DNA of 64,000 bases from Candidatus Fermentithermobacillaceae bacterium. GTDB lineage: Bacteria; Bacillota; Sulfobacillia; Fermentithermobacillales; DUSS01. Both the position numbers and the translations under genes were made by a program. The stretch spans positions 118,438 through 182,437 of the forward strand of contig JADBKE010000008.1 in NCBI GenBank assembly GCA_014896535.1, given 5' to 3'. Position 1 is the first letter of the stretch. The number at the start of each line of letters is the position of its first letter. Below are positions 21,751-30,371 of the stretch, one piece after another. Under the pieces are notes generated by a model. The model was not told where the DNA came from. It worked only from the letters and a program-made list of their open reading frames with translations, and searched no databases.

Positions 21751-21804
21751 TTAAGCCCGCTCCTTGCTGAAATGAGTCTCGTGCTCCGTCAGTTGCCTCC
21801 GGGC

Positions 21805-22608
21805 CTACTTCTTCCCAAAGTACTTCTCATATATCTCGTCGTACTTTCCGCTGGCCTTTATCTTCGCCAGTCCTTTGTTGATGAGCTCGTGAATGTCCTT
21901 ATCCTCTTTCCGCATGGCGATGCCGTAGTACTCCACGGTAAACGCGGGTTCGGGTATGACCACTTTATCCTCGGGGTGATTCTTGAGATACTCCTGGATC
22001 ACGGGAAGGTCACATATTATTGCGTCCACCGCACCGGTCTTGAGCTCGTTGAACAGGTCGGCGGCGGCGTCGAGGCGCTTGATCTGCATTTCTGGAAGCT
22101 TCTCTTCCGCGAACTTGGCATTGAGTTTCTGCGCGGCGAAGTCACCCGTCGTGTTGACCTGAACAGCTACCTTCTTTCCCGCCAGGTCGTTCAACTTCTT
22201 AATAGGCGAACCTTCTTTAACAGCCCACGCCTGACCCGACTCGAAGTACGGATCGGAGAACTTCACCTGTAAAGCTCGCTCGTCGGTGATGGTCATCCCC
22301 GATACGACCAGGTCAGCTTCCTTTGTCAGGAGCGCCGGGATGAGGCTGTTCCAGTCGAGATGCCTGTACTCCACCTCGAAGCCGGCCGCTTCAGCTATAG
22401 CTTTGATCAGATCGACATCGAATCCCGCCGGCTGCTTCGTCTTTTCGTCGATGTACTCGAAGGGTGCAAACGTGCACTCGCCGACGGCTATTAGCTTCCT
22501 CTTGGGCCCGGCGGAAGGTGCACCGGCTTCTTTTTTGGCGCAACCGGCAAGACCCATGGCGGTTACGAGTACAGCTATGCCCAGGACGGCGACCAATATC
22601 TTTCGCAT
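21805..22608 (-). CDS. Polar (basic) amino-acid ABC importer, substrate-binding lipoprotein
   Basis: Lipobox LAGC, FAPFEY, GFDVDL, SGMTITDER, YYGIA. Confidence 0.92.
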   Translation of the reverse strand: MRKILVAVLGIAVLVTAMGLAGCAKKEAGAPSAGPKRKLIAVGECTFAPFEYIDEKTKQPAGFDVDLIKAIAEAAGFEVEYRHLDWNSLIPALLTKEADLVVSGMTITDERALQVKFSDPYFESGQAWAVKEGSPIKKLNDLAGKKVAVQVNTTGDFAAQKLNAKFAEEKLPEMQIKRLDAAADLFNELKTGAVDAIICDLPVIQEYLKNHPEDKVVIPEPAFTVEYYGIAMRKEDKDIHELINKGLAKIKASGKYDEIYEKYFGKK

Positions 22609-22724
22609 ACCGTGACATCCTCCTTTATAGACATGAGTGGGCTCTGAATATCCCCCGCTATTTCGCTATCGGAATACAGCATTCCTTCACCAGGCGGGAA
22701 AATCGTTCGCCTATGCCTATCAGG

Positions 22725-24383
22725 TCAAACCCGGCAGATATGCACCGTAACCAGGGGTTTGACGCCGGTCTCGTGGTGAACGTACTTGGCGACCGTTTCT
22801 TCGAGGTCGTGACGGATGAACTCCAGGTCTGAGAGCGCTTCTGTGGGCAATGCCTGGAAGTACGAGCGAGTACGCCTGGATATCTCCTGAAGGACGCCGT
22901 CCTCGGGAGCATTGTACATGAAGCCTCTGGACTCAACAGCGGGCTCCGACGCAAGCTCCCGCCCGCCCCGGGACAAAACCACCGATATGGTGATGATACC
23001 GGCTTCCGCCAGTATCCTGCGCTCCCTCAGTACCTCTTCGCTGACGTGGGTCAGGCCGACGTTGTCCAGCATGATGCCTCCGGTAGGCACTACGTCAACG
23101 ATCTCTCCGCTGTCCGGGGTCAGCCGGAAAACCGAACCGTTCTCGCCGATGAGCACTCTCGACGGGGCCACTCCCGTTTGCTGGGCCAGCTCCCCGTGGA
23201 TGACCAGGTGCCGGTATTCGCCGTGGATGGGAATGAAGAATCTGGGCTTGACCAGGTTGAGGATGAGTTTCAGCTCTTCCTGGCTGGAATGGCCCGATAC
23301 ATGAACGCCCGATTCAGGCGTGTATATGACCTTCGCACCCCGGCGGAACAGGTTGTCCACCGTTTGCGAGACCATGGTCTCGTTTCCAGGCACCGGCGTC
23401 GCCGCCATAATCACCAGGTCTCCCTCGTCTATCTCGACGTGCTTGTGCTCCCCCAGGGACATTCTGTGCAGCGCCGAAAGGGGTTCCCCCTGGCTGCCGG
23501 TGCTCAAAATCACCATCTTCGACCGAGGATACTTGTCGAGATCCTCGACGTCTACCAGAGTGCCGATGGGCGCTTTGAGGTACCCGAGAGCGAGCGCGAC
23601 CTCTACGACGTTCTGCATGCTGCGACCCACCACCGCAACTTTCCTGCCGAAGTAGCTTGCGGTATCGATGACCTGCTGGATACGGGGGACGTTAGAAGCG
23701 AACGTCGTCACGATTATCCTCTCGGTTGCCCCGGAAAAAATTCGAAAAAGCGCCTCACCAACGTCCTTTTCAGAGGGGGTAAATCCAGGGCGGTCGGCAT
23801 GAGTGCTGTCAGAAAGCAGCGCCAAAACGCCCCTCTCGCCCACTTCCGCGAGTCGATGATAGTCGAAGACCTCTCCGTCTATAGGCGTTTGGTCGAGCTT
23901 GAAATCGCCGGTGTGAACGAGAATCCCGGCGTCGGTATAGATGATTAAGCCGCACGAATCGGAAACAGAATGGGTGACCCGGAAGAACTCCACCTTGATT
24001 CCGCCGAAGCTCACAACATCTCTGGGAGCTACCGTCCGAAAATCATAGCCTCCGTCGGTAAGCACCTCATTGATTTTGCGCTTCGCGAGACCCAGCGTAA
24101 GCTTGGTTCCGTATACGGGAACGTTCACTTCTTTCAGAGCCCACGGCAGCGCGCCTACGTGATCTTCGTGTCCGTGGGTCAGCACGATACCTCTGAGCTT
24201 CCGCTTCTGCTTCTTTACATAGGTAATGTCCGGAATCACCAGGTCGACACCGAGCATGTCCTCGTGAGGAAAAGCGAGACCGCAGTCGATCAAAATGGCG
24301 TCCTCGCCGGACTCCACCATCATAATGTTCTTTCCGATCTCACCGAGACCGCCCAGGGCAGTTAGTCTGACTTCTCTTGGCAT
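22725..24383 (-). CDS. rnj: Ribonuclease J
   Basis: LGGLGEIGKN, THGHEDHVG metallo-beta-lactamase motif, HTGDFK, TGSQGEP, HVSGH, PIHGEYRH; start at ATG 24383. Confidence 0.95.
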   Translation of the reverse strand: MPREVRLTALGGLGEIGKNIMMVESGEDAILIDCGLAFPHEDMLGVDLVIPDITYVKKQKRKLRGIVLTHGHEDHVGALPWALKEVNVPVYGTKLTLGLAKRKINEVLTDGGYDFRTVAPRDVVSFGGIKVEFFRVTHSVSDSCGLIIYTDAGILVHTGDFKLDQTPIDGEVFDYHRLAEVGERGVLALLSDSTHADRPGFTPSEKDVGEALFRIFSGATERIIVTTFASNVPRIQQVIDTASYFGRKVAVVGRSMQNVVEVALALGYLKAPIGTLVDVEDLDKYPRSKMVILSTGSQGEPLSALHRMSLGEHKHVEIDEGDLVIMAATPVPGNETMVSQTVDNLFRRGAKVIYTPESGVHVSGHSSQEELKLILNLVKPRFFIPIHGEYRHLVIHGELAQQTGVAPSRVLIGENGSVFRLTPDSGEIVDVVPTGGIMLDNVGLTHVSEEVLRERRILAEAGIITISVVLSRGGRELASEPAVESRGFMYNAPEDGVLQEISRRTRSYFQALPTEALSDLEFIRHDLEETVAKYVHHETGVKPLVTVHICRV

Positions 24384-24562
24384 CGATCCTCTCACCGGTT
24401 TTCTAGTATAACCGTAGCTGGTGCCGGATGCCAACTCGAATCCCGCGCCCTTTGTCATCGGCCAGTGATATTGTCACCCCATGAGCACGTTTGTGGAACT
24501 TGCTCGCCGCTCCAGGCGGTATTCCTCGAAAGTCGCAGTTCCGTTTCGCAAAATCGAGGGAC

Positions 24563-24673
24563 TCAAGCACTATGGGTCCCCCCTCCGGGGAACCTGTACT
24601 CCTTCGTCTGAACCGCCTCGTACGGGTCAGGGTCGAACTTATACCCTACGGCTGACTGGGTAAGGCGATCCAT
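24563..24673 (-). CDS. Possible small protein (36 aa) of unknown function
   Basis: Strong GGAGGA RBS 6 nt before ATG 24673; MDRLTQSAVGYKFDPDPYEAVQTKEYRFPGGGTHSA lies in an otherwise empty intergenic region. Confidence 0.3.
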   Translation of the reverse strand: MDRLTQSAVGYKFDPDPYEAVQTKEYRFPGGGTHSA

Positions 24674-24850
24674 GCACAGTCCTCCATCGATCAGACGAAT
24701 GCTCCAGGGCCTGGAAACAGAAAGGGAACCGGACAGGTTCCCCGCGTTGATTCGCCTTGTGCCGCCGGGGACCAGGACAATTTCCCCGGTCACGCCGACG
24801 GCGACGAGCGAGAGGTTACATCTACCTTGACTTGTAACCGGGTGGGCGTT

Positions 24851-25378
24851 TCAGTGGGTCTCCACCTCGGTGGCGCCATGCCTTCTCATGATCTCGGCGG
24901 CTTCCGACACTTTGTCGTCGTCGGTCCGCACGAGGGCGACTATCTTTCCTTCCTTAACCCTTTCCTCGTACCTTCGACCCACGTTCTCCGGGATACCCCA
25001 GTCGATCAGCCCCCCAGCGATGCCTCCCGTAACGGCGCCGGTCAGCGCCGCTGCAACAGGACCCGCGGCCAGGATGGGACCTATCCCTGGAATGGCGAGA
25101 GCCCCAGCGCTGGCCAGAAGACCGGCTAGCCCGCCTACAGCCCCTCCGGTGTAAACCCCGGTGGACAGATCCTGGCCGACTCCCATGGTCATTCCGCGGT
25201 CGCCGCGCTCACCCTGCCCGCGGCCCTCACCGGCTCCGCCTCCACCGACCTCCTGGCGGACGTTTTCCCGGGCGAGGATGGAGATCTCGTCCTTCTTGAA
25301 CCCCTTCCGCTGCAGGTCGTCTACGGCTTTTTCGGCCTTGCTCGTGTCGTCGAATACTCCGATTACCGTCTTTGCCAT
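24851..25378 (-). CDS. General stress protein 17M/YflT-like membrane protein with glycine zipper
   Basis: MAKTVIGVFD...AEKAVDDL...GF..DEISILA, GGAVGGLAG...AIPGIGPILAAGP; GGAGGTG RBS; upstream GGGAAAGATA resembles a SigB/SigF -10. Confidence 0.8.
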   Translation of the reverse strand: MAKTVIGVFDDTSKAEKAVDDLQRKGFKKDEISILARENVRQEVGGGGAGEGRGQGERGDRGMTMGVGQDLSTGVYTGGAVGGLAGLLASAGALAIPGIGPILAAGPVAAALTGAVTGGIAGGLIDWGIPENVGRRYEERVKEGKIVALVRTDDDKVSEAAEIMRRHGATEVETH

Positions 25379-25581
25379 TGCGTTCACCTCCTCGCACTAT
25401 CTTTCCCAGCGTGGAAGAAAAGCATTACGTATCAGATGGCGGATTTCAAACGGCCTCTGGCCAAGTAAACTAAGGACCCGTCTGTGAGTTGCCTTGTGGC
25501 GATCGGAACGCTTCAGGCGCTCCTGACAAGCTCATAAGAAGTGCGCGCGGAAAATACGCTTCATATCGAGGTGAACCCACT

Positions 25582-25914
25582 TTGTGGTCCGCCCTGGTGT
25601 CCGTCACGTCGGGCCTTTTCATAATAGCGATATCTGTCGTGGCGCGGGCGCGGAGGATATCAGCTGCCTGGCGGATGAGAACCAGAGAGGCGGTAGAGCC
25701 TCCGTCACCCCTGGGCGAAGCTTTGAAGGAGTTCGTAGCGATAGCAGGCGGAACTTACCTGGGCCTGTCTGCCCTGGCGGAGTTCTTGAAACTTCGCATC
25801 CCCGAACACGCGGTTCTATGGGGTGTAGCTTTCGACCCTCTGGCCCTGATCGCGGTCGTACTGGCACTCCTCACTCCCATCTTGCCGGTGCCGCCCGCCA
25901 GGCAAGGGCGATAA
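25582..25914 (+). CDS. Conserved hypothetical small membrane protein (clostridial type)
   Basis: GAGGTG RBS before TTG 25582; SPLGEALKEFVAIAGGTYL...FDPLALIAV pattern; three hydrophobic stretches. Confidence 0.65.
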   Translation: MWSALVSVTSGLFIIAISVVARARRISAAWRMRTREAVEPPSPLGEALKEFVAIAGGTYLGLSALAEFLKLRIPEHAVLWGVAFDPLALIAVVLALLTPILPVPPARQGR

Positions 25915-25978
25915 CGGGCACCCGTGGAGGTGCGGACTGCGCGGCACCGCCCGAGCTCCTTAAGAGGAAACGCGGATT

Positions 25979-26012
25979 AAAAAAGAAAGAAGCAGGTTGA
26001 TACCACCTGCTT
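25979..26012 (-). terminator. Rho-independent terminator downstream of the Spo0E-like gene
   Basis: Minus strand reads AAGCAGGT-GGTATCA-ACCTGCTT followed by CTTTCTTTTTT. Confidence 0.75.
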
Positions 26013-26039
26013 GAGAAAGGTTTCTGCGGTCCTGCGAGA

Positions 26040-26225
26040 CTACTTTCTCTTTTTGTTGGCCCGAAGATTCAAGTATTCAAGAAAAACCCGATCGAAGAGT
26101 TCGCTGGTTTCGCTCGCTTCTTGAATCTTCCGGGGATCGTACTGCTGGCCTGCTTCTACGTTCAGCTTCTGCCTGAGCTCTTCCAGATCCCGCAGGATCC
26201 GCTCTTCGCTACGGATTGCTTCCAA
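26040..26225 (-). CDS. Spo0E-like aspartyl-phosphate phosphatase family small protein
   Basis: Two-helix pattern ILRDLEELRQKLN...SELFDRVFLEYL (SQELD-like motif); GGGGAGG RBS; own terminator. Confidence 0.65.
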   Translation of the reverse strand: MEAIRSEERILRDLEELRQKLNVEAGQQYDPRKIQEASETSELFDRVFLEYLNLRANKKRK

Positions 26226-26410
26226 CGCCTCCCCGCTTTATTACCCGGACGTCACAACAGGCAAACGTTCGACACCAACAGCCCTAGACATCCGGTTTTC
26301 GTCATTATACGACGAGATTCCCGGAGTTTGAAGATACGCGTTTCCGACATGGCCCGGAAAACCCGGGCTGGCACCGGAAAAGCACCACAACCGGTTTTCG
26401 ATGTGGCCAA

Positions 26411-26419
26411 TGTTATAAT
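26411..26419 (+). promoter_or_regulatory. Extended -10 sigma-A promoter element for the antiporter-like pair
   Basis: TGTTATAAT (TG-n-TATAAT) about 30 nt upstream of the ATG at 26448, with a GGAGGT RBS between them. Confidence 0.6.
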
Positions 26420-26447
26420 CGTATCAAAAGTCAACCGGAGGTATACG

Positions 26448-27902
26448 ATGGACAGAACATCTCTACCGGCGGTCTTTACTTGTGCAGCCTCGTTCCTTCC
26501 CGTCCTCGCCGTCGTGTTTTTCCGCAAGCTTGATCCTCATCGCAGGGCACGCGCCGCGGTACTGGTCGCCGCCGTGACCTTCACCTTCGTCGCAATCGGC
26601 GGGATCCTGGCCTGGGGGCGCACCTCTATCTTGAGCCTTCCCATGGAGATGCCGCCCTTGGGGATGTCCTTCGTCGTGGACCCGCTGGGCCTGTACTTTG
26701 GCCTCATCGTCGCCGGGATATGGCTGTTGGTTTCCATTTACTCTGTGGCCTACTTCGAGCACGACGAACGGGCGGGCCGCTTCCTCTCCGCATCCATGCT
26801 CTCGTTCGCCGGCACCCTGGGCGTCGCTTTCGCGGGCGACATGTTCACCCTGTTCCTGTTCTTCGAACTCATGTCCCTCGCCGCTTACGTTCTCATCGTT
26901 CATGACCAAACTCAGGAAGCTGTGGCCGCAGGCTTCAAGTACCTGCTCATGACCATCGGCGGAAGCCTGGGTATATTTTTCGGGCTCATAGCGACGTTTC
27001 ATGCGTCCGGGACTCTGAGCTTTTACCCCGGACATCTGGGCGCGTCCGCAGGCGGTGTAGTAGCTTTTGTCGGGTATCTCATCGGGTTCGGCATAAAGGC
27101 CGGCCTGTTTCCGCTTCATATATGGCTTCCCGACGCACACCCCGTAGCTCCGTCTCCCGCCAGCGCCCTTCTTTCCGGGCTCATGATAAAGACGGGCGCA
27201 TTCGGTCTGATTCGCGTCTTCTGGCAGTTTTTCGGAAGGGATTACCTCGCCTCGACCGGGTGGGTCGGCATTCTTTTGGTGTTGTCGGCCATAACGATCT
27301 TCCTCGGCTCGGCCGTGGCCATTTTACAGGAAGACATCAAGCGACGGCTGGCGTATTCCAGCGTGGCCCAAATAGGTTACGTGCTGCTCGGGGTTGCGCT
27401 TCTCAACGAACGCGGTCTCGTTGGTGCGCTGTTCCACCTCTTCGGACACGCCCTCATGAAATCCGCCCTATTCATGTCGGCTGGGGCGGTGATTCACGAA
27501 ACCGGCAGGAGAAAGGTGTCGGATTACTCCGGGATGGGGAAGATAATGCCCCGGACGATGGCGAGCTTTTCGGTGGCGGCTCTCTCCATGGTCGGCATCC
27601 CCCCACTGGTGGGTTTCATATCCAAGTGGCATCTGGCATGGGGGGCGCTGGACGCTTCTATGCCGTGGGTGGTCGTGCTTTTGCTCATATCCAGCTTCAT
27701 GAACGGCATCTACTACCTTCCCATCGTCATCCAGGCGTGGTTCGGGCAATCCGGCGACGATGTCGCACCGGTCAGGGAAAGACCCTCTTTTTGGGTTCCC
27801 GTTGCACTTTGCGCCATCGGAATTTTCGCGGTCGGGCTCGTGTTTGGGAATGCACCCTTGGCCTTAGCCCGGATCGCCGCCCGCGCGCTGACCGGGGAGT
27901 AG
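26448..27902 (+). CDS. Complex I subunit 5 / MrpD-like proton-conducting membrane subunit
   Basis: FFELMS (TM5 Glu), GIKAGLFPLHIWLPDAHPVAPSPASALLSGLMIK, DIKRRLAYSS, HALMKSALF, GIPPLVGFISKW; ATG 26448 after GGAGG. Confidence 0.9.
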   Translation: MDRTSLPAVFTCAASFLPVLAVVFFRKLDPHRRARAAVLVAAVTFTFVAIGGILAWGRTSILSLPMEMPPLGMSFVVDPLGLYFGLIVAGIWLLVSIYSVAYFEHDERAGRFLSASMLSFAGTLGVAFAGDMFTLFLFFELMSLAAYVLIVHDQTQEAVAAGFKYLLMTIGGSLGIFFGLIATFHASGTLSFYPGHLGASAGGVVAFVGYLIGFGIKAGLFPLHIWLPDAHPVAPSPASALLSGLMIKTGAFGLIRVFWQFFGRDYLASTGWVGILLVLSAITIFLGSAVAILQEDIKRRLAYSSVAQIGYVLLGVALLNERGLVGALFHLFGHALMKSALFMSAGAVIHETGRRKVSDYSGMGKIMPRTMASFSVAALSMVGIPPLVGFISKWHLAWGALDASMPWVVVLLLISSFMNGIYYLPIVIQAWFGQSGDDVAPVRERPSFWVPVALCAIGIFAVGLVFGNAPLALARIAARALTGE

Positions 27903-27908
27903 TTGAAC

Positions 27909-30356
27909 GTGAACCGATCGCAGACGCACTGCAACGAATCCCATCTAGCGGGGAGTGGAGCGAAACTCGAAGCGGGCAGGTCACGGCCGGTCTGGTGGGG
28001 CCATCTCGCGGACGTCCTGCCGCTTGCATCTTTGGCGCTGTACGGAGCCGGGGCCTTGTTATCCCTTCACCTTATGCTCGGGCACCGCGAGCTCACTCTG
28101 TTCGTGCCCGGAGTTTTGCAACACGGCCTGTCTTTCAAGCTTGACTCCCTGTCGTGCCTTTTCATCCTGGTTGCGTCCACGGCCTGGTTTTTTGCAGGGT
28201 TGTTTTCCCTACCCTACCTGAAACGGTCCCATGCCACCGGTTCTCAAGCGCACGGCAACGCCGCCGTCACGCCAACCGCGTCTCCTCATTCCTCAAGCCA
28301 CGTCCTGTTCTACACGGCGTTTCTCTTGAGCTTTCTCTTCACCGCCGCGGTATTCGCGTCCGGCGATTACCTTACGCTCTTCCTTTTCTTTGAACTCCTG
28401 ACCTTGTCATCTTACCTGCTCGTACGGTATGAGGGGACTCCCGAGGCCGAAAAGGCCGGGACTCTATACCTTTACATGAGTCTCGCAGGCGGGCTGTTGG
28501 TGCTCGGCGGAATCCTGCTGGTTTCGTGGTACAGCGGCAGTTTCGCCTTTTCGAACCTGCACTCCCTGCCGGAACGGGCCAAACTCGTTGCGGTGGTCCT
28601 TTTATCAGCCGGCTTCGGCGTAAAAGCCGGGCTCCCGGGACTCAACGTCTGGCTTCCCGAAGCTCACCCGGTCGCGCCGTCGCCCGCCTCCGCCGTGCTG
28701 TCCGGCGTCATGATCAAGGTGGGAGCGTATGGCATCATGCTTACTTTTTCGGCCCTGGGTGAATCTCCGTGGCGAAGCGAAGCTTTTCTCGCCATCGCCT
28801 TCCTGGGAGTGTTCGACATCTGGTGGGGTGGGCTGCGCGCCCTGAGGGAGGACAATCTCAAGCGAATCCTCGCCTTTTCCAGTGTGAGTCAGATGGGGTA
28901 TATTCTCGTCGCCATAGGATCTGCCGGGGCCTTCGGCAATTCAGCTCACGCCGGCGCGGTGAGCGCCGCCGGCGCTCTGGGAACAAGCGTAGAAGAGGCC
29001 TGGAAGACCGGGTCAGCCGGGTTGGGCACAGCCCTCTCCGGCGCCCTCTACCACATCATCGGTCATTCGCTCTTCAAAGCCTGCCTCTTCCTTGTGGCCG
29101 GTGCCGCTCTCCTATCGAGGGGCAGCACATCATTGAGGGACTTGTCGGGCGTGGCACGCTCGTCCCCATGGGTATCCCTGGGCACGGTGACCGCCGCGCT
29201 CGCCATCACCGGATTCCCGGGACTCACCGGATTTGCGTCCAAGACTCTCATTCACGAAGCTCTCCTGGAGGCGGTCCATGGGTCACCGGCCGGGGTCAGT
29301 GCAGCCGTTATTCTGGAAAAGGGGTTCCTGTGGGGTTCGTACCTGACTGCCGTGTATTTCGGCAGAGTCTTGATTCACCTTTACGGGCTCAACAAGAAGC
29401 CCGGGGAGCCGGCGAAGGTACACCGGTACCCGATACCGGCCATTTTCGCGGTGGTCTTCGGCGGGTACTTCGTGCTTCTTCTGCTCACCGGGATAAGTCC
29501 CGGGCACGTCCTGAATCTAGTGGTGAGCCCGGCCGCCAGTGCCCTGGGAAGCTCCTCTCACGAAGAAATTCCAGTGCACTTTTTCAGCCCTGAAACGCTG
29601 GCCCCCGTGGCCGCCGGGTACGTCATAGCCGGGGGTATCCTCCTCGCCGGCAGGCAGGTCAGGGGCATTTCCGCGCATATCCAGGGCGGAACTTTGCTCG
29701 AGTTTTACCGCAGCACGCTCCCGCGCATGGGAACCAGGCTCGCTTGCTGGTTTTCCCGGCTCAACGCACTGGCCACGCAGGTATACTGCTTCTTCGCCGC
29801 AGCTGCGTGGCAAGTCGTGCGGTGCTTCGGCGGGCTGGAGAAGCTCACTCAAACCACCTGGGCCGGGTCCAGTCACGCCGCTCTTGCCTTCGTTCAGCTG
29901 GCTTACCGGGGAGATTCGCTGGACGCTCGCGCTTTTAGCCAACTCAAGCACGCGTTTTTCCAGGCAAGTTTCGCGGTGGGTCAACTCGAGGCGGGCGAGG
30001 ACCGTCTTGTATCGTCGGCGCAAAGGCTATCCGGAAGACTAATTCGCTGGATCGCGCGGAAAGAGACATCTTTCGAAGAGTCGGTGGAACGCGGAGCCCG
30101 CAGCACGAGGTATGTTCCGCTGGCAGCGGGAAAAATCGACGGCGCCCTGAGTTCCGAAGCTCAAACCGCCGCCCGGGGCGCAGGGAGTCTTGTGCAGTCC
30201 GCATCGAAGCTGGTGGAGGCAAGCAGGCCCCGGGCGGTCCAGGACTGGCTTGATCAGACGACCGCAGACGTGGTAGTCCGGGCGTCCCGAGTATTGATAT
30301 GGCTCACCCTGGGAATAGTGGCCTTCGCCGCGGGAGCGCTCCTCATTGTCAGATAG
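27909..30356 (+). CDS. MrpA/NuoL/HyfB-like antiporter subunit with long repetitive C-terminal helical extension
   Basis: FFELLT, GVKAG...WLPEAHPVAPSPASAVLSGVMIK, NLKRILAFSS, HSLFKACLF, GFPGLTGFASK; roughly 200-aa tail ending in a TM helix. Start GTG 27909 after GGGGAG is uncertain. Confidence 0.85.
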   Translation: MNRSQTHCNESHLAGSGAKLEAGRSRPVWWGHLADVLPLASLALYGAGALLSLHLMLGHRELTLFVPGVLQHGLSFKLDSLSCLFILVASTAWFFAGLFSLPYLKRSHATGSQAHGNAAVTPTASPHSSSHVLFYTAFLLSFLFTAAVFASGDYLTLFLFFELLTLSSYLLVRYEGTPEAEKAGTLYLYMSLAGGLLVLGGILLVSWYSGSFAFSNLHSLPERAKLVAVVLLSAGFGVKAGLPGLNVWLPEAHPVAPSPASAVLSGVMIKVGAYGIMLTFSALGESPWRSEAFLAIAFLGVFDIWWGGLRALREDNLKRILAFSSVSQMGYILVAIGSAGAFGNSAHAGAVSAAGALGTSVEEAWKTGSAGLGTALSGALYHIIGHSLFKACLFLVAGAALLSRGSTSLRDLSGVARSSPWVSLGTVTAALAITGFPGLTGFASKTLIHEALLEAVHGSPAGVSAAVILEKGFLWGSYLTAVYFGRVLIHLYGLNKKPGEPAKVHRYPIPAIFAVVFGGYFVLLLLTGISPGHVLNLVVSPAASALGSSSHEEIPVHFFSPETLAPVAAGYVIAGGILLAGRQVRGISAHIQGGTLLEFYRSTLPRMGTRLACWFSRLNALATQVYCFFAAAAWQVVRCFGGLEKLTQTTWAGSSHAALAFVQLAYRGDSLDARAFSQLKHAFFQASFAVGQLEAGEDRLVSSAQRLSGRLIRWIARKETSFEESVERGARSTRYVPLAAGKIDGALSSEAQTAARGAGSLVQSASKLVEASRPRAVQDWLDQTTADVVVRASRVLIWLTLGIVAFAAGALLIVR
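29751..30200 (+). repeat. Six degenerate 25-aa (75-bp) protein repeats in the antiporter C-terminal tail
   Basis: Units start FSRLN, FGGLE, AYRGD, VGQLE, IARKE, AGKID exactly 25 residues apart. Position 5 is D/E/N, position 3 is often R/K/Q, positions 1, 12 and 22 are hydrophobic. Confidence 0.6.
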
Positions 30357-30371
30357 GGTCGGGACGCCGGC

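Noticed and set aside
26121-26447. N-terminal extension of the MrpD-like ORF
   Set aside because: It overlaps the Spo0E-like gene and the promoter; the RBS supports ATG 26448.
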